Positions 51,970 to 64,000 of a stretch of 64,000 nt of DNA are shown piece by piece (the first letter of the stretch is position 1; every line of letters begins with the position of its first letter). This DNA is from Rhodosorus marinus CCMP1338. Its lineage: Eukaryota; Plantae; Rhodophyta. The position numbers were made by a program, and so were the translations under genes. The notes below the pieces were generated by a model that saw only the letters and a list, made by a program, of their open reading frames with translations, made no database searches and was not told the DNA's origin. Where the stretch lies: NCBI GenBank assembly GCA_029953675.1, contig JAMWBK010000006.1, positions 1,178,001 to 1,242,000 on the forward strand. Reading direction: 5' to 3'.

Positions 51970-52500
51970 AGACAACATATATCCGAGTACAGACAAAAGA
52001 GCTTCTTCAGTGGAGTAGATGCTTCATACAGTATTCGTAAGGAGTAACTCAATAAAATATTTGAATAATAGAAATTAACATATCACTATATTTCGTGAAG
52101 ACAACATATGTTCAAGTAGACAAAAGAGCTTCAGGGTAGTAGATGCTTCATACAGTATTCGTAAGGGGTAATTCAATAACATATTTGAAGAATAGAAATT
52201 AACATATCACTATATTTCGTGAATACAACGTATATTCATGTACGGTGAAAAAGGCTTCAGGTTAGGACTTCCTTCAAACAGTATTCGTAAGGAGTAACTC
52301 AATAAGATATTTGAATAATAGAAACTAACATATCACTATATTTCGTGAAGACAACGTATATTCATGTCCGGAGAAAAAGGAATGGGTTAGGACTTCCTTC
52401 ATACAGTATTCGTAAGGAGTAACTCAATAATATATTTGAATAATAGAAATTAACATACCGCTTTATTTCGTTGTAGGTAACGTATATTCATGTAGAAACT
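51970..52500. repeat. AT-rich ~125-bp tandem repeat, 4 copies
   Basis: cagtattcgtaagg recurs at 52029, 52153, 52279 and 52404 (periods 124, 126 and 125 bp). Confidence 0.95.
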
Positions 52501-52936
52501 TCAGGGTTGGTTTTTAAAGTGGTAGTGGGGTAGAAGCGGAAGCGGAACGGGTGCTGTTGAGTTCGGTTTGTTTTCGATGGGAGGGGATGGCCGACTATCG
52601 TCTATTTCCGGAAAAAGGAGGAGGGAGGGGGGATGAAGAACTCTTTGTTTCCATTGCTGTTGATGGGGGGGAGGGAGGTGTTTCGATGGGATTGAGGAGA
52701 GAAACGGATATTGATGAAGATGCCTGCACTGTTCTTGATTTGATTCCTTTCTTCTGTTGTCGTTTGGTATATTTGGAGTTCCAGTTTCGGTGGTGGGTGT
52801 TTGGCGCCTGGGGGGTTGGGGGGGGTGGGAGGGGGGGGAGGGGTAAATAGGAGTTGGGGAAAAGAGCTGAGCTGAGGAAGTCGCTGGAAATTTTTTTTCG
52901 TTTCGTTTTTGCTGTTGTGTGAAGGCTTTTGGAAGG

Positions 52937-54047
52937 ATGTTTCGGAATCAGTATGATACGGATATTACAACATGGTCACCGCAGGGTCGATTGCATCAGG
53001 TGGAGTATGCGATGGAGGCTGTAAAGCAGGGATCGGCGGTGGTTGGAGTTCGGTCGGATACGCATGTAGTGTTGGCGACGCTGAAGAGATCAACCTCTGA
53101 GCTCGCGTCCACGCAGAAGAAACTATTCTCGATCGATGATCACTTGGGGATCGCGATCGCAGGATTAACCGCCGATGCTCGCGTTTTGGGGAGACATATG
53201 AGGACTGAGTGTATGAACTACAAGTACATATATGAAACAGCCATGCCGGTGGGCAGATTAGCCTTGAACGTGGCTGATAAATGCCAGGTAGGGCCGTTTC
53301 CAATTGACCTTGAGAGCCTTGCATCTGGCGAATCAGACTGAAGTTCTCATTCGTACCTGATCAGGTATCAACTCAACGGGCTTCTAAGCGACCCTTCGGA
53401 GTTGGATTGCTCATTGCGGGATACGATGAGCTTGGTCCACATCTGTACCAGTCATGTCCGTCTGGTAACTACTACGAGTTTTATTCGATGGCAATTGGCG
53501 CGAGGTAACTTCCGCTTGGGGCTATACCTCCTCGATCAAGGTCACACGAAACCACTGCTCACACCCTTTGCGTTTCGACATGTCTAGGTCACAATCTGCC
53601 AAGACGTATCTAGAGAGGCACTTTGAAGAATTTGCAAGTCTGGAACTCCAGGACCTGATTCTCCAGGCGATCCGCGCGCTTCGGGAAACTGTCTCGTCAA
53701 GCAAAGACGCAGAACTGACCTCAAAGAACTGTGCAATTGCTTACGTACGTCCTACTTGATCTCAAATCTTGGAATCCAACCTTTGTTTTAGAACCACTTC
53801 ATATTCGCTCTTGGATCCGAGCGATTTTTTGGCTCGTTGATTAATCTGAGAATCCCTGCTCCGCACCGTCCCCGATTCGTAGGTCGGCAAAGGAGACACT
53901 TTCACAATCGTAGAAGATGAAGAGATACAGCCTTATCTCGACACCTTGGAAAACAGTGATGGAAAGCAGGAGGAAGAGGAGGAGGAGACGGAAGACGCTG
54001 CTGAACAGACTGAGGACAAACCAACGGACGCGCCGATGGAGGACTAG
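52937..54047 (+). CDS. PSMA1: 20S proteasome subunit alpha type-1 (alpha-6), multi-exon
   Basis: [57 protein letters not shown], and an acidic tail. Confidence 0.97.
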
Positions 54048-55411
54048 GGGAGCTGGGGAGTGGATCCAGGCGTTCCTTGAACTCCCGAAAATAACCCGTC
54101 TCTCAATATTTGAGAACCCCTCTCACCCCGGACATCCCTTGGACATCAGCGCTTACTGCTTGTGTGGGAAAAGGATGTGGTGTATGAACAAGAAAAGAGT
54201 GTACCCATCTCCCCAACTATCTGTAGATGATCTCTGGTACTCTAGTACAAGTCAAGAGCGTTCATTTTGCTGCATAGATGTGGGAAATTGTAGGAACGGA
54301 AACCCTGCGAGTAGACTGGACGGTAAATTTAACTCTCCTCTGGTTAGCACTGGTCAGTCCCTTTTCGGCCGTTGTAGTCGTTTCGCCGCAGTATGAGTTA
54401 TCATCGCACGCCTGGAGCTGTCGGGGTGGAGCTTGATATTCATCATCCTAAATCCATGCTTTGGCCTTGAAGACAAAAACAAACTGGTTTGAATGCAAGC
54501 TGGCATCACCGACTGCCTCCAATCTTTGGACAAGAGCGTGGTACAATACGTCTAACAATACCTCGTCTAACTTGCTCGAAATCGGCTCTCGATCTATACT
54601 TCCGCCCTTGTGGGAGTCCTCACTTGGCAATCCGCCCCTCTTGTATGCTTATCGCCAATGACCATGGATACCAAAGCAGACCTCTGCCTCAGGGCTTTTC
54701 AGCTGAGTAATTTCACTGCTGGCAAAGCCACTGCTGCGTTTTCATTGAGACGCTTCGATCATTAAAGCAGGGAGAGAAAAGCTCATGTTTTGCTGGTGAT
54801 CAGTTTAACAGGACGTCCGCTCTTCCTAAAGACTGCGTTGGTCGTGGTATGGGATTCAGCGATGCTGGATGGGACGTTTGAGTGACCCATACATGTTCTG
54901 TTTGAACTCTGCGCTGAAACAGCTGGAATGGATCAGCGCAGATGGCTTGACCTTGGGAAAAGAGGATATGGTGGCTGACTATGGAAGGTATCCTACCGAG
55001 TGACCGGGCAGCGGACCATTCCTCGCCACCCGCTTGGAGTACGGGCATGGTTGTGCTTTTTCAAATAAAGTCTTCCTCTTTATGTTTGTACTCGTCTCGA
55101 AGCTTTTGAGCATGTGCGTTCTGTTCCTTCACCTGAGGGACCCTCATAACAGATGCGCAGCTCTTCCAACTTTTGAATGATATTCTATATTCTCAGTAGC
55201 TTTCTTCCTCGCATTCTTTCGATTTGTCAACTGACTATGTGCCCCGATCTCTACGGTAGATCGATCGACTGCTGTTCTCGATGGTACCGGGCAGGAGTGG
55301 TATGGCCATCGATCAATAGGCAAAGCCCTTACTTTCATTGTCATGTTCTCGTAAGGAATAATGTGGTACTTAATAACATCGATAGCGCCCCTCTCTTCAC
55401 GGCTCTTCCCT

Positions 55412-55924
55412 CTACTCAGGGGCTGCGTTCAGACTTCTGGATGCTTCCATTCTCGCCTTGACCACACGGGAGAGCTGGTACATGCCAGTCCCTCCTACGA
55501 AAAAGTTGACGAGGGCAAGGTTGTAGTTCTTCGGTATAATCACGAAACTGTATCTCACCCAGATCAAACCGGTACACGCAAGCGCTGTGGCAATCAGGAA
55601 AAAAGAAAACCCACTATTAGTATCTTTGGTTTCCGAATGATAAGCAGTCAGCAGTAACAAAAGCCTACCAATGCTTTGCGGAATGGAAATCTTCTCCACA
55701 GGCCGATTCAAGTCAGCAAGTCCAGCCGCGACCAGTCCCCATTTCATCATCGGCGCCCAAAAGAATACTAACGAAAGCCCAAAAAACCGGTCAACAATTC
55801 GTCAAATCGCAGAAAACAACAGAGACAAAAATCAAAAAGAACAAAAACAAGAAGTGGAAGAAAACTCACTCGTCTTAGGCCCCGCAGGGTGATCCCAAAA
55901 CGCCCTCAACCTCGGCACAGCCAT
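55412..55924 (-). CDS. MPC: Mitochondrial pyruvate carrier (MPC2-like), 3 exons
   Basis: FWDHPAGPKT / IFFWAPMMKWGLVAAGLADLNRPVEKIS / LACTGLIWVRYSFVIIPKNYNLALVNFFV. Confidence 0.93.
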
Positions 55925-57189
55925 ATCAAATCCTGCCCTCCCCCTCCCCCTCCCCCACCCCCCGGCAACCACCCCCACAACCAGACGACCAAATCACACC
56001 AAAATGCTTTCCCTCTCGCTCCCCCTCACCAACCCCGCCAAAAAGATAGCAACCTTGTCTTAACAAACCTCACTCAACCTGTACTTATAAATTTATACAC
56101 ATCCCAAACGTGACCCCAAAACATACAGGCTACGGAGAACTACACGCATCACCATTCGCAACCAAAGAAAAAAGAAAAAAAGCAAACCCTAAATGTCTCA
56201 CAAAAACAGCCTCTTGGGCCCTTCTTCCATAAGACGAACTTTTTCCTAACCGCATCGACCACGGCACGCACACGGCTCCCCATTAAGAAAAATATCCTTT
56301 AATTTCATTTTAAATTCCAAAAGTACTCATAATATACAATGGTATTCTCTAGTTTTGAGTACTGGCTTCGAAAGTGCGACTTTCTGAATGTTTTTAATGC
56401 GGGACGATGTTAATAATGTCTATCTTCTTCTTGATATAGGGAGATTTCGATAGGATACGGCTCGGTATAATATAGAATTTTCGACTAGATTTGAGGGGTA
56501 GGCTATTGGCAGCTTACAATGGTTTACTTTTTAGAATTCTATTGCGTAGAAATATTGAATAATATTAGTTTTTTGTTTGGTATAGGGCTTGATGTATCGT
56601 TCCCGCACCAGGGGGGCGGATGCGCTGGGAAGGTCACGCGGAGGCTGTTGGAGTGATATGAAAATCGCTCCGGGAGCACGAGTTTCGCCATCGTCGAAAT
56701 TATCTCAAGGAACTCAGCACTCGCCACTGGGGCTGGCACGAAAAGCTCTCCGCTCAACGTTCCATGCTTTGGCCATGATCCCCGCAGGACGGCGTTCTTC
56801 CTGGCGACGAGGTGTTGCTGCTGAAGCGCCCAGTAGACGTGCTTGTAGAGGTCAGATTAGACGTTGATATACCGGATGTAATCGAGGTCAAAGTACTTGG
56901 AAGCCCCTCCATCCGGGTCTGGGGCGAGTTTTCGAGCTCCATGCAATGTTCAGCGAGTCAATGGAGAGTGAGGAAGTTCTCCTTGGAGTTTCGACGGCAA
57001 GCGTATTCATGCTATGATCTTCCCCTTGGAAATGTCCCTAGCTGCTCAGGTTCCCTCCCGGGTACCCTGTTCTCACCCACTGAGAGCCAAGCCCCATTCG
57101 CCCTGTGCTCGCGAATTATAGCGCATCTGGATTCTGTGAACACATATTTCTTTTTGTTTTTCGCTCTGTTTCATTCTGTCCTTGTTCTC

Positions 57190-58901
57190 CTAGTTTTTGG
57201 GAATATGCAGTCTAGTGAAATCTATTACAAAGCCCTCCGGGAAGAAGAGCACGCCGAAGTCTCCGTTGGCATACCTTCAGAAGATTTTTGTAATCCCAAG
57301 GAGAAAGAGGATGCGCTTATTAGCCCGCCTTGCCGGATTAGTAACTCACACACAGCTTGTTTCTTTGTCGGGAGCTCACCTGAGCATCAAGCCGAGTGTC
57401 CATTCCGCAGAGTGGAATCCCGTTTCGGCTATCCTGGCCACCCCTCGTTGCACACTAATCACCTGTGTGTTGATGTCATCCAGCATGTTCTGAAGGATCT
57501 CCAATGTTGACGATGGAAAGACATCATCCTTTTCCGGGACCGCAGATACTCTAAACGTGACCTCTCCGCTGGGGACGTTCGGATCTCCTTGAAGTTCACA
57601 AACCCGGCAAAGGAGAACGCAGGGTGGTCAGGAACCGTGAATCAGACTTCAGGAAACGAGGTGAAAAGCTCACCAGTAATCTTGCACCCTTCAATCTGCG
57701 CCCCATCATGTGATACCAGAACAATTTCTGGTCCGTGTGGACCTACTTGCGGAGATTTTCCCTCGCGTGTCAGAGCTTGCTCCTCGCCGTTGCTAGGTAT
57801 TGACAAAGACTCTTGCTTACCGTACATCCCCCACCAGTAGCCGCTGAGGTCAGGATCATCCGATGCGATAGGAGCATCAATACGATTCTGGTCTGTCGTG
57901 TTTGAGGACGGAAACGATAACAGTTGGTCCCGGGGGAATGCCGTGGGTTGCTTCCGAGGACTGATCAGGAGACGACGGTAAACTGTGAGCGTTTGAAATC
58001 TCTCTTCTGGCAGCGTCGCATTTTGAATATACAATCTATGTCTCAGCCGTATCTCTTCTTCGCTCTGGGAAAGGTCGTCTCCAATATCTTCTGAAAACAT
58101 ATACAACCAGCACGCTTTCAGCGATCATGCTTTGTGGGAGGGTCTACGATTGCACCTTTGCTCGTGTGAAACGGGCCCACCCATTTCCGGCCTATGCAGC
58201 TCGAATTTGGTCCTCTTTTCGCCTTCAATCCAGAGTATGGCCTCTTCCGATCTCGATGGACTTGGGGGACATGTATCCGGGATGAGGTTCAATGTGCCAC
58301 TATCTGCCAAGGCCTTGCCATCGATTCCAGCGTGAACCCGTGGATCCCATCGTACCACTCCCCGCGATTCTCCTTTGCTGGGTGAAGGTGCGAGCCTAAA
58401 AATAGGGTCTGCTCTAGTCGCACCCTGCTCGGACAACGACCTGTCCTCAGATCCGCAGAACGTCACGGCAACTCTCCTACCTACGAATGCTCCATCCTCA
58501 GCCCGAATCTGATGTTTTGTTTTCATGGAAGAAGAACGGATGGCAAGGATTAGATAAAAGGATAAAACAATTCTCAGGTCTTCAGCTCGAGGCTCATGAG
58601 AACGTACAGTTAAGAGCTGTCCACGAGGGTAGATGTCCCCATACCAATCTCCTTCGAGGGCTGCATACTGGCTCAGGAACAAGTATAGGTCAAGGTAGGA
58701 CGACAGAGATGGCCAAAGATCCAAGTTTCCTAGTCGCTCTCCGAAAAGGCGCTGGCAAAGCTCCGCCCATACTGGTTCCTCCAGGCACACCTTTCTAAAC
58801 CGCCTGCAACTCGAACCCCAGGTGCTGATGGAATCTCCATCCAGGAAAGTGCATACCTTCGCCAACAGATCGTCGGGAAGGTCCAAAATGGATACACTCA
58901 T
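57190..58901 (-). CDS. F-box protein with a C-terminal FBXO31/cyclin-D1-binding-like domain, multi-exon
   Basis: N-terminal F-box ILDLPDDLLAKVCTFLD..SCRRFRKVC..VW. C-terminal GYWWGMYG..HGPEIV..KITGDPNVPSGEVTF..GVARIAETGF..W, with last exon RYANGDFGVLFF..FTRLHIPKN*. Confidence 0.75.
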
Positions 58902-61630
58902 AGTCTAGAATCAGTGCCAAACCTTAATAAAACACTCTGCTGAACAATTCACAAACAAAGCGGCCCCTCCGGAAGAGTCAAGAATGATTCTACTCGAGAA
59001 AGACCGCGTCTCTCTATCATTCTACTACGCTTAATAGCCTCAGCAGACTGACACGCTGTCGATGTCAAAGCTGAGCAGAACCACTCATCCAGAACACCAG
59101 AAAAACAGATCAACGTCTCGACCTTCCCTCACCCACCGCAGCTCATACATCACTCATTCCCCAAACCCACAAAGACTCCAAGTTTGGACCAAAAAATGAA
59201 TGTTCAGACCAAGGCATATACACCGGATTTCTGCAAAACAGGACTACTACTAAGGTAACCAGCCCTGTTTACCTTCCCAGTTCAAGGTCGACTCGCTCTT
59301 GTCTATACTCTCTCTTCACCCCAGCACTTTGGAAAATGTAAACTGAGCCGTGATTAAGCATCGCAGTCAAAATCCATGCAATTTTCACTTGATGTTGTGT
59401 CTAGAAGGCCCCCCCCCCTCCGAAGCATTGAGTTGGGGTTTTTCCTTAGGCGAGAGCATTCATACCCCCCCCCTTGGTTAAGGATTGAGTTCCGTTCAAT
59501 GGAGTGGTTTCGGTTCGTATTGTTCGGTAAGCGTCCTGGACGGGTTGACGAAACTTGGCCTTCACGGTTTGTTATGCATGCCCACTGAATCCTCATGAAG
59601 AAATGCGGCGTTCAAGTAGTACTTGGATGGCAGGATGGGAAGGCCTATATTAAAGAGCGGAGCACATTCGGGTCTCGGATGTGCTTTCTTCGACAGTAGT
59701 ATGAGGCCGGCGTTCTTGGGTGTGGAAACTTTGCACCATATGCCTGTATACAGCATATAATCGATCAGGTGCAGTTCAAACAGTACCAATTGTTCTGGTC
59801 TGATAAAAAAAAAACTGAACAATCGAACCGTGAAAACCACGCGCGGATTAGAATCAAGGCAATACAGACCACGCTCTTGACAAGAGGCCAGGCGTAAGAA
59901 CGATGGGAAAACCTCCTCACGTACTTGCTAGAATCCTTTTTGAAGGTTCAGAAGCTCTCCAACCAGCCCAAATCAGTAGCGAAGGTTCCCAGAAGTCCTC
60001 AGCACCCAACCAACAAACTCCTGGAATTCCCACCCCTAAGGAAAGAGATGGTTGAAAACAATGTAGGAATCGGGGGGTTATAACCAAAACCATAAGAAAA
60101 ATGTCACCCACATCATAGCAAACCCCAGGTTTTCACTCGATAATAATGACTGATTGCAATCTATAACAGGAAAGGATCTGCTTTTATTTCCATTATTTAA
60201 CATAATCGTCTTTTTATTGATTACATGACATGGTTCGGTCACGCGAGGAACGGAGGTTCCTGATATCTCCTCTTGCCATCGCATAAGGAATAATATGATA
60301 TATTACTTTATATACGTTATATTTATCGTTATTATTGTATACTCTGAGAGGACATAGTTTATAGTACGTAGAATATATATACAATTGTAGTACCACGCGT
60401 TTCACTTGGGGTACAACGCTCGGGTGGTTTTCGGTTTGGCTGTATTGCCTGACATTCTTGCGAGGCACATGTCTTGAGGTTTACGTTGACTTGCAACGTG
60501 GTGAGAATATGCTAGAAGATGGTATTAATTGATTCAGCGGTTGGTATATCTGTATTCTTTTGTAGGAAGGAGATGAACTTCGAAGGAGGTAGATGAGGTC
60601 GTTTGCAGGTGGTATTTTCTGGTCGCGGCTGTGATCTACTTCAGCGCATGTGGTTTAATATTCCGGCATCTGCGGGAATTCATTCGACCATTGCAGAGGG
60701 TGCGATGATACCCCAGTTTTGCGAGCAAGCCGACTCTAAAACATCCGCTGAGGACCTTCAAACAACTGTGCTACTGAACAAACAATTGATCCAGTGGAAC
60801 CCGCAAATCGCAAGAAATTAGAAACGTTCTGAAACCCCGGGGTCACCAGAAAATTGCGGATGTTTTCGCGCAGGATGTAACGTCTTATACTCCTAATCTG
60901 AACGTTGCGCTTTCGTTCCGTCAGGTTTTCCTCCTAATCCATTTCCCGCTCGGTGACGCGAACCGGAAACTGTTTTCGCGTTTGGTAGCAGGGTCGTCTT
61001 CTGGTTTCCTATAAAAGTCCTCGCTCATGTTTTGCATATTTACACATAGTTGGGTATTTCTTCCTCTTGCAGAGGTTGCAGTGGTCCTCCTGGCTCAGAA
61101 ACGTCCGGTTTTCTCGTCCCGTCAGGACAGAACATCCCGTGTCCTACGCTTGACAGCCTGTCCCGATATGCTCAAACGAAAATCAAGAAAAAAATCTTAA
61201 TCAAAGACAAGATATTTTCATAATAATATGAATCACAACAGCTGTCCTTTTCTGGACACCTGTCCAATTATGGGATAAAAATTAAAAACCTTGGTTCCTT
61301 ATTTAGAAGAAAAACCAAACAGCCATTTATTTTCCATAATCTATAAATTTGGGAAAAATCAAGCACCTTAATATAGGCGGTTGTGCCCTAATCGAGATTC
61401 TTTTCATGAGTTCCTTTTGAGCAGGTGCTGTTGGGCTTGGGGTGAAAGGATTATGATGGTGGTGGAGCAGGTGGTGCAGCTGAGGGAGCCTGTGGATGAA
61501 CATGAGAGATAAACAAGACTAGGAGAAAATTTGAACTTGTGCGCTTTCATTTTGGAACTGTTGATTTGCTGTTTGGAAGTGGACTCTTCAGGTTCTGTTG
61601 CGTGATACGATGTATCACAACCCTTTCGGA

Positions 61631-63337
61631 ATGGATGATGACGGTGGGTGGATTTCGTTTTCGTTTCTTGCTTTGTGTGTTGAAGTATATTGTGGGGATT
61701 TTCATACTCGTTAAAGCTGAAGATCTCTGTTATTTCTTCTTGTTACAGGATTCTCACCGTTTCCTGGACAACGGGCGGCAAGGCCTGGCGCGTTCATGAG
61801 GCAGCTTCGATGTTATCCAGTGTCTTTTATTGGTAGAGTGAGTCACCTGAAAAGTTTCAGGGATTTAAGGGCTCCACTGCTTAATGAATTCTTTGCTTGG
61901 TGTTCCTCCACGCTATCCTCCTGAAACTAGGATGAGCTTGAGCGAGGAGACAAGATAATCCTCCCGACTTCGGCTTTGGCACTTCTCACCAGGTTGAACA
62001 TAACTTACCCAATGCTCTTCAAACTGGAAAGCTTGGGAGGTCAAGCAACCCACTGCGGAGTGTTAGAGTTTCTTGCAAAGGTAAGAAGCTTCTATGAGGC
62101 TATTAACCTGCGAGCTCGTTGGCAATTTAAGCTGACTTGTATGCATCTCCTTAGGAGGGACATGTGTATATTCCATACTGGATGATGCAGAATCTCCAAA
62201 TCAATGAAGGCGACATGCTGAAGGTAACGTGGAATTCTTGAGTACCGACTGCTGCAGAAGGCAGAGGAGTCAAACTGCAATCTAAGAAATATTACCATGT
62301 AATCCTTCAGGTGGGAAATGCGGTTCTTGAAAAGGGGAATTTTGTCAAGTTCCAACCGCAGACAGAGGACTTTCTGGCAATTTCAAACCCAAGGTCAGTC
62401 TTGGAGCGGACGCTGAGAAGTTTCACTTGCTTGTCCAATGGTAAGAAGCTGTGTGATGTTCGGTTGAGGATTGCCAGAAGCGCAATGTAGCGCTTTGCTT
62501 CTTTTTTCAGGAAACTGAGAAACCTCTCTCATGTGGGGACGCGAACTCCACAGGCGATTCAATTCCTATTAACTACAATGGCAAGAACTATTGGATCGAT
62601 GTCCTGGACGTCAAGCCAGTGAGTTTGCTTGTATAAACCTATGCCTGCCTCAGCTCGGCTTCTAACCAATAAACCTGGACGCATCATTTCTGCGCCTTGT
62701 TTTCATGATCAGGGTACGGCTGTGTCGATCATCGAAACGGACGTCAACGTAGACTTTGCTCCTCCTCCGGGGTACAAGGAGCCCATAGCCCCACCGAAAC
62801 AGGAAGGGTCTTCTTCAAGACCAGGTCAGGTTATATTCGGAGAGGACAAGGTGGGCGGCAAGCCAGCTATAGAGTCAAAAGGGAGAAAGTTGGTGGAATC
62901 ATCTGACTCAGAGTCTGAAGAAGAAGGAGAGTCAAAACCCGCAAAACCAGAGCAGAGATTTCCAGGGGATGTAGGTGGATGCCATACTCTGGTCCAATAC
63001 TCAATTATGGTGCTGAGTTTTGACTGAAATATTCTTTCCCCCCCATCTAATCTTATCGGGAAAGGGTAACCTGCTGAGGAACCCTACCAAAGGAAGGGCC
63101 TTTATTCCCACTTCAACTGAGGAACAGAAGCCTAAGGAAGAAGAACAAGAGAGGAAGCCCTCCGAGCCGTTTAAGGCATTCAGCGGTGCCGGGCAGAGCC
63201 TCCGAGGAGCTACAACGACGGGAGCACCATCCGCAGTGGTGGAGGAGACGCAGACGGCCGAAAACGGCGGAGAGGAAACAGTGGAAAAACCCAAGTTCGT
63301 AGCATTCGGTGGAGCCGGGAGACGACTGAGGGACTAA
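61631..63337 (+). CDS. UFD1: Ubiquitin fusion degradation protein 1, multi-exon; start approximate
   Basis: LRCYPVSFI, GDKIILPTSALALLTRLNITYPMLF, THCGVLEF, NPRSVLERTLRSFTCLS, AVSIIETDVNVDFAPP and FVAFGGAGRRL. Confidence 0.95.
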
Positions 63338-63393
63338 GCGATCAGCTTCGATTCTACCTGTATATTCGGCTCCGTCGAGCTATCGTGGTGTCC

Positions 63394-64000
63394 TTAGTTT
63401 TGGACATACGGGTGAAAACATACCGTGAACAGATTTGAGTAACAGATTTGAGTCTTCGTGAAAAAAGTCCAGGGCGTAGTGGATTGGACTGCTGATCCGC
63501 AAACTAGCCGATTGAGAAATGTGCGTGTACTGATTACTTGGTGTCCGTCCGAGCTTCGGAAGAAGTGCTCAACCGCCAAGTCGAGAGCGTAGCTCCCTGT
63601 TTGTCTTGCAGGCCGCGTTTCAAAGCACCCTGCTGTCTGAATTCACTGACCGGGTTGCTTCATAACGAATTAAAACAAGAAGCAAACTTCACATCGCAAT
63701 TCAGTGACGGTACCGATGTGTTGATCCACGCTTGTTCATGGGACCTCTACATCCGACGGAGCGGTCGTGTAGGTTTCTATATCACCCTTGAGTTTGGAGG
63801 TAGGGCGACTCGAGCAGAATCATGGGCCGCGTCGCAAAGCCGCGGGAAGCAATGTGCTGTCCCCCCGGTTGCTTTTAGAAACTAGAGACTTTGGAAAGAC
63901 CAAACCTGTGCACTTTAGCTCCACCGATAGTCGAGGTTTGGAGAACTACCTGCAAGTCTCGCTTCCACCGATATCGACAGCGCAAGAAAAGTGCCTAGCG
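63394..64000 (-). CDS. 3' part of an unidentified multi-exon gene running off the window end
   Basis: Minus-strand protein-like segments (RHFSCAVDIGGSETC, FLKATGGQHIASRGF, YALDLAVEHFFRSSDGHQ) separated by GT..AG candidates. Confidence 0.3.

Noticed and set aside
51970-52500. CRISPR-like reading of the 125-bp array
   Set aside because: The units are similar along their whole length, with no unique spacers and no cas genes, in a eukaryotic context.
56812-57510. 232-aa plus-strand ORF
   Set aside because: Its 3' half is antisense to the F-box exons and intron and it has no recognisable domain. It may be spurious, although a short real fragment near 56812-57130 cannot be excluded.

Overview
Gene-dense eukaryotic nuclear DNA with many short (~70-150 nt) GT-AG introns. 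Simple plastid transit peptides (MQAF/MAFV/MYSF-type, no bipartite signal) on ThrRS, fibrillin and thioredoxins suggest an alga with a primary plastid, most likely a red alga (inference). Recognisable genes: UBX protein (partial), DOMON/cytochrome b561, UBE2H, copine, WBP11-like, organellar ThrRS, PAP-fibrillin, histone H2B, VID27, p24/GOLD, cytosolic HSP70, UMP synthase, three x-type thioredoxins, Sec3-like, SECIS-binding protein 2 (SBP2), proteasome alpha-6, MPC, an F-box protein and UFD1. Most notable observations: (1) a compact SBP2 gene whose one long intron holds a SECIS-like hairpin on the sense strand, a candidate autoregulatory circuit for the selenocysteine machinery; (2) a 1,326-bp inverted duplication carrying a thioredoxin gene and bracketing a ~5-kb segment; (3) several tandem repeats and a Ty1/copia remnant. 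Exon boundaries were inferred by eye, and no database searches were run.
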